DNA from: Podarcis erhardii
Taxonomy: Eukaryota
NCBI GenBank assembly: GCA_964252035.1
Contig: OZ176200.1
Reading direction: 5' to 3' (one strand)
DNA length: 64,000 nt
Under the pieces are notes generated by a model, which worked only from the letters and a program-made list of their open reading frames with translations, was not told the origin of the DNA and made no database searches. Position 1 is the first letter of the stretch. Every line of letters begins with the position of its first letter. Below are positions 59,501-64,000 of the stretch, piece by piece. A program made the position numbers and the translations under genes.

Positions 59501-61924
59501 TGGCCAGAAATTGTTTTGCAAAAGCTGTGCGCCTCGTTTTCTGCCCTTTGGCATTGTTATTACTGTTGTTACTTTTAAAAAAGCAACCTAGGGACATTTT
59601 TGTATGCCAAGGGTCTTAATTGCATTTATGGTGCATTGAAATTAAATAGCCGGTAGTCCTCAGGTTGTATGTGGACCTTTTGGGTGGAGAACCGAAGGTG
59701 CCCTTTGTATTTTGCCTGTGGAGAAGTGTCGAGATGAAGTTAGGCGTAAGTCCTCCTACATGTGATTTGGAGATCTGGATTGCAATTTTGTGCACAGGGA
59801 CATGTAAGGTCATGTACTTGTTTGCTGGACGGAACACTAAGTCGTGCTATTATTATTACTGGTATTATTATTACAAAATTATTGCCTGCTTTTCTCAAGC
59901 TGCTTAGAAGTGGGGAGGGGGTGTTTGAAGATTTGTGCATTTTGTATGAAGAACACACAGTTCCTTAGTCCTGGCAGTTAAATTCACTTCTTAAAAAAAA
60001 ACACTGCAGCATGTTAGGTCTCTGAGGGATGAAAACACTGAGAAGGAGGGGTGTGGGGAGAAAACTGGAAAATAAAGCCCAAAACTGACCGAGAGTTAAC
60101 TGCTGGCACATGGCCTTCTACTTTGTATAGATTATTCTTGTTGTTATTCCCTCTCCTTTTCCTTTTCTTTTCTTCCAACTGCTTTCCCCAGAAGTAATTG
60201 TTTTTGAGAAACTTGGAAAGGTTTTAGCACTCTGCTGAGCTGGAGGGATTTGGGTGACCTGAGGAAACTGTAGTTTTCAACATAACTGTACCAGCAGATG
60301 TGTCTGAACCGCTTTCAGCCAGGAGTACGCTGACAGGGTTCCTAATCTGTGGCTTAGAATGCTGAGTGTTTAAAAAGAAGGGAAGGAGGAAGGAGGAGTG
60401 GGCGGGGGAAGGTTTGCATTGGTGGTTTTAGCTGAGATAGACGTAGGGAGAGAAGAGAGCGATGCTTCAAACCCTGCGGCTGGTGCTTCACTCTGTCCTA
60501 CTGTAGACGACTGTTTACAACTCACTTCAGCACCACTAGTGTTTGTCAACAGTTGTTCAGGTTTCGGGTTTTTTCTTTTTACCCCAAGAGATTTTAGCCA
60601 GCCATGGCACAAAATACTGTCTCGAGGGGAGACAGTTGAGTTGAGGGGTGTGTGAGGGAAAAGGACTTCCCTTTGCTAATATCCAGATTTTTATTGGGGA
60701 ACATGCAACGTAACTTCTTGCAGAAAGAGACATCTTCTCCGCAACTTTCTTTAAAGTGCAAAGCTGTTTACCTGTGGTTTGCACAGAAGGCTGTTACTAG
60801 AATAGTTCTTTCTGACCTGTTGAGTCATCTACAGCAGATCAAGGGAGATCAAGGGGAGTTTACAGTGCCGTCTCAGGCAGCCAAAAAGCACTCATCTTTT
60901 ATGGTGCAAATATTTTCTTAAGCTGTCTGTGGAATGGGTACAACAGAGGCATTGCCTGCGGGGCGGAGGGGGGGGGGAATGACTTGTGTGCTTTAACTTG
61001 CTGTTACTATCTTGAAATTCTGTGCTGTGGCGGCTTTTAGACTGGCTGTCTTATTGTGCCAAGACGTTTTCTCGGCAAGAGTCTGCTTCGTCAAGGGGTG
61101 AAGTGAGGAGGAGGAGGAGGCTGTGAAACAAGAAGCTATCAACAGGCGGGAATTTTGTCTTCTTGCAGGGCTTGGGAGGGTTAGCTACGAATTGCCAGGA
61201 AACAGAGCCAATTTGAAATCTGTTTGGGGGCAAATTGCGTGCCAGTCGACTCCAGCTCACCATGGACTTTGCTTGCAAGGGAGAGACGTATCCCCCCCCC
61301 TTTTCTTATTGACTTCAGGTTTTGGAAGCAAATGCAGAAAAGGAAAGGGGGGAAATAAAAAAAGTTGTTAACCTGAGCAACTGAAACTGATCAGTCACCT
61401 GGGTGAAGACTGACTTTTAAATCTCCCTTTTCCTGTCTCCTGCCAGATGCCTTTAGAAAGAGTGTTCCTGTTTTTATTTAATGTACTAAATCTCTCTCCC
61501 CCCCCCCCAAAGTTCAAGCAATACTCTTATTTCAGTGGTAAACGTGGTGCCTGAATATGATGGTCCTTTGTGGCACAGGAGGCTTTCCGCTAGCTGAGTC
61601 CCCTTCCCCACTATCTTGTCTTAAAGCAAAGGACCACCTGAAAAGACACACTGAAGACTGGTTGTGTCCAACTAAGGTCACATCCATGCCATACATTTAA
61701 AACCCATGGCTTCTCCCCAAGAATCCTGGGAACTGTAGGGTACCCCTCCCAGAGCTACAGTTCTTAGCACCCTTAACAAACTAGAGTTTCCGGGATTCTT
61801 TGGTGGAAAACCAAAGAATTTCAGAGGCATGTTTTGGATGCGACCTCAGTTTAATGAGACTACAAATGGACTCAAGTCAGACATGTTCATTAATTTCAGT
61901 GGAACTACTTGGAGTATCCTTCCA

Positions 61925-62009
61925 TTTAGCTGAGATTCCTGCATTGCAAGGGGTTGGACTAGATGACCCTTGCGATCCCTTCCAACTCTACAGTTCCAAG
62001 ATTCTATGA
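61925..62009 (+). mobile_element. CR1-type 3' end
   Basis: GAGATTCCTGCATTGCAAGGGGTTGGACTAGATGACCC...TCCAACTCTAC...ATTCTATGA. Confidence 0.8.
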
Positions 62010-62377
62010 ATACAACTCATTTTCATCAGACTCAGGTGGCTGAAGTTTGCTTTGGTTCTACAGGCGTATGTGTGAGAGAGGTTCAAGGGAGGACCGAGTT
62101 ATATATAATTGAATGAAAACATATACGTAGCTTGTCTTGGTGCAGGGAGAGCCAACCCCCAACACTTTCCACACCTGAAAGCAAAAATAATAATCTGGGC
62201 TCTTCCAGCATGACCTGCTTTCACCTTTTTTAAAAATGGCATTTTGAAGGCCCTTCAGATAGGACTTATATCAGGAATGGGAGGTGCCTTATGGCCTGCT
62301 TGCTGCTGCTGGACCTCAACCATGACCATTTGGTCCTGATGGCTGAGGCTCAAGGGCAGCAGGTGGAGGACCACAGT

Positions 62378-62490
62378 TCATAGAATCATAGAATCTTCTA
62401 ATTGTAGAGTTGGAAGGGACCCCAAGGGTCATCTAGCCCAACCCCCTGCAATGCAGGAATCTCAACTAAAGCATCCATGACAGATGGCCC
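62378..62490 (-). mobile_element. CR1-type 3' end, inverted relative to 61925-62009
   Basis: TCATAGAATCATAGAAT...GTAGAGTTGGAAGGGACCCC...TGCAATGCAGGAATCTC. Confidence 0.8.
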
Positions 62491-63647
62491 TCTGTCTCCC
62501 ACAGACAGGAACAGCCTGCACTACAACATTTTGTTGAAGCTCCTGTGTGCACATAACCAATTAAGATCATACAAGTACAAGAGTTAAGGGGCAACTAGAT
62601 GTAACTGTAGTAGGCCAATGTGAGAGGAGCAGGTTGCCATTGCTGTTCTCTAAAAAGGTGGAGAAACACCTGTAGGCATACAATAGGAAGCTAGAGAATC
62701 TTTCCCCCACCTATGTTCTCCCCCCCAAAAAAGAAGCTTCTTCCATTTCTTCCCAGCTGAAACTGAAGTACCTCTACCAGGAGAAAAAACAGCTGATAAT
62801 TGAAGCATCCTCTCCCCACCAGCCTATCCTGTGATTTTTAAACCCTCCCACCAATGGCTTTATAGGAAATTGGCACAACTCACTCTCTGGCCCATGACAT
62901 TAAGTAAACCCCTTAATATACAAGGCCAGTATAATATTAACAGTGGGGTGGAATTCAATTGTGGGAGACAATTTCAAATGCAAGATTCAGCAAGTCAGCT
63001 CATGAATATATCTGAATTGTAACTGTAAAAAAAAAAGTTGCGGCTTTTATGAGCATTTGCTACATTTTAAAATGAAACGAATGTGTTACAGTGTTACCAG
63101 TCATGAGGCAAACAGGCCTCCTTTGCTCCACTTTCTTTTGGTTAAAGCAAAGGGATGTGTTATTTTGGCATGCACAGCTAGTAATATAGCCCCTGTACCT
63201 ACTTTGTTGGGAATAAGGCCCATGGAACCTAATGGGCTTTATTTCTGAGTGGACTGGTATTGGTTTGCACTGTGAATTGTTTGGTAATCACTTGGCATGT
63301 AGATTCATTAAGCTGCTCTGAGATCCAGGTACTACTGAGGAATGTTCCCATGTGGCCTGTGCTGTTCTCTCCCCATGCTCTTCCTTAGAGTCAGCTCTCT
63401 CTTTCAAGGTGGTCTCAGGCACACAAGAGGGAACTTAACTGTGTTTATTTCCACCTTTCATCAGCCCGGACCTGATGGCTTTCCTGTGTATCCACTTGAG
63501 ACAAATCCACAAGGTTGGAAATATCTAACTGAGGCATTTGACAAGCTGTGGCCATTCGTCTTTGATGCTGAACCCTTACCAAGGTGCTTACCCTGATTCC
63601 AACCTGCTCCAAGGGAGTGGAGTGTGGGCTCTGGCCTGAGTGCTTAG

Positions 63648-63770
63648 GGGCAGGGGTGAATAACCTGGCATCAGATGTTGCTGAACTACACCCAGCATCC
63701 CTAATTGTTGGCCATGCTGGCTGGTACTGATGGACGATGGAGTCCCAGCAACTTGTAGAAAGCCACAAGG
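63648..63770. mobile_element. Degenerate palindromic MITE (family of 40084-40219)
   Basis: CAGATGTTGCTGAACTACA...TTGGCCATGCTGGCTG core. Confidence 0.55.
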
Positions 63771-64000
63771 TCCACATGTTGTTGCTGGGAGGAGCAGGAG
63801 AGCTTGGCAGCAAGCAGGCCACATGGCAACACTGGCTCTTAAGCCTGCTACTAAGCCCCTGTTATCTCTGCTGCCCCATTGTCTCTGGACTCCTGTGGAG
63901 TAAACACAAAGATGCAAGCTTGTTTGCAGAAGATTCATCTAGGGATGGGAAAGAGCAGTAAACAAGGGTGTTTTTTTTTTGCTCCCTTGCTGTTCTCAGC

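Noticed and set aside
58471-64000. IGF2 mature-peptide exon, miR-483 or H19-like sequence
   Set aside because: No ETLCGGELVD-like peptide or recognisable RNA was seen; miR-483 and H19 are known from mammals.

Overview
Eukaryotic genomic DNA from a squamate, most likely a lacertid lizard (judged from Sauria/Squam-type SINEs, BovB and the insulin sequence). It covers the INS-IGF2 interval. A complete preproinsulin gene lies on + (TATA 6456, predicted non-coding exon 1, coding exons 8299-8485 and 10714-10850, 107 aa, AATAAA 10930). About 47 kb downstream are the TATA/CCAAT promoter and first, leader-coding exon of what is very probably IGF2; its remaining exons fall beyond the window. The rest is non-coding and rich in transposable elements: a 5'-truncated L1, L2, CR1, BovB, three SINE families, solo LTRs, Penelope fragments and hAT/Tigger MITEs, with several nested insertions whose target-site duplications (TSDs) are readable. 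Best second-look items: (1) a solo LTR whose U3 carries a 119-aa ORF with an HMGN-like RRSARL motif; (2) a Penelope fragment with an intact minimal hammerhead ribozyme inside a perfect 49-bp inverted repeat; (3) candidate unannotated upstream IGF2 exons with a matching acceptor; (4) a divergent insulin A chain and a strong G-quadruplex in the INS 3' UTR; (5) a tRNA-Lys-headed, CR1-tailed SINE-like element. Family names and cross-species comparisons come from memory, not from a database search.
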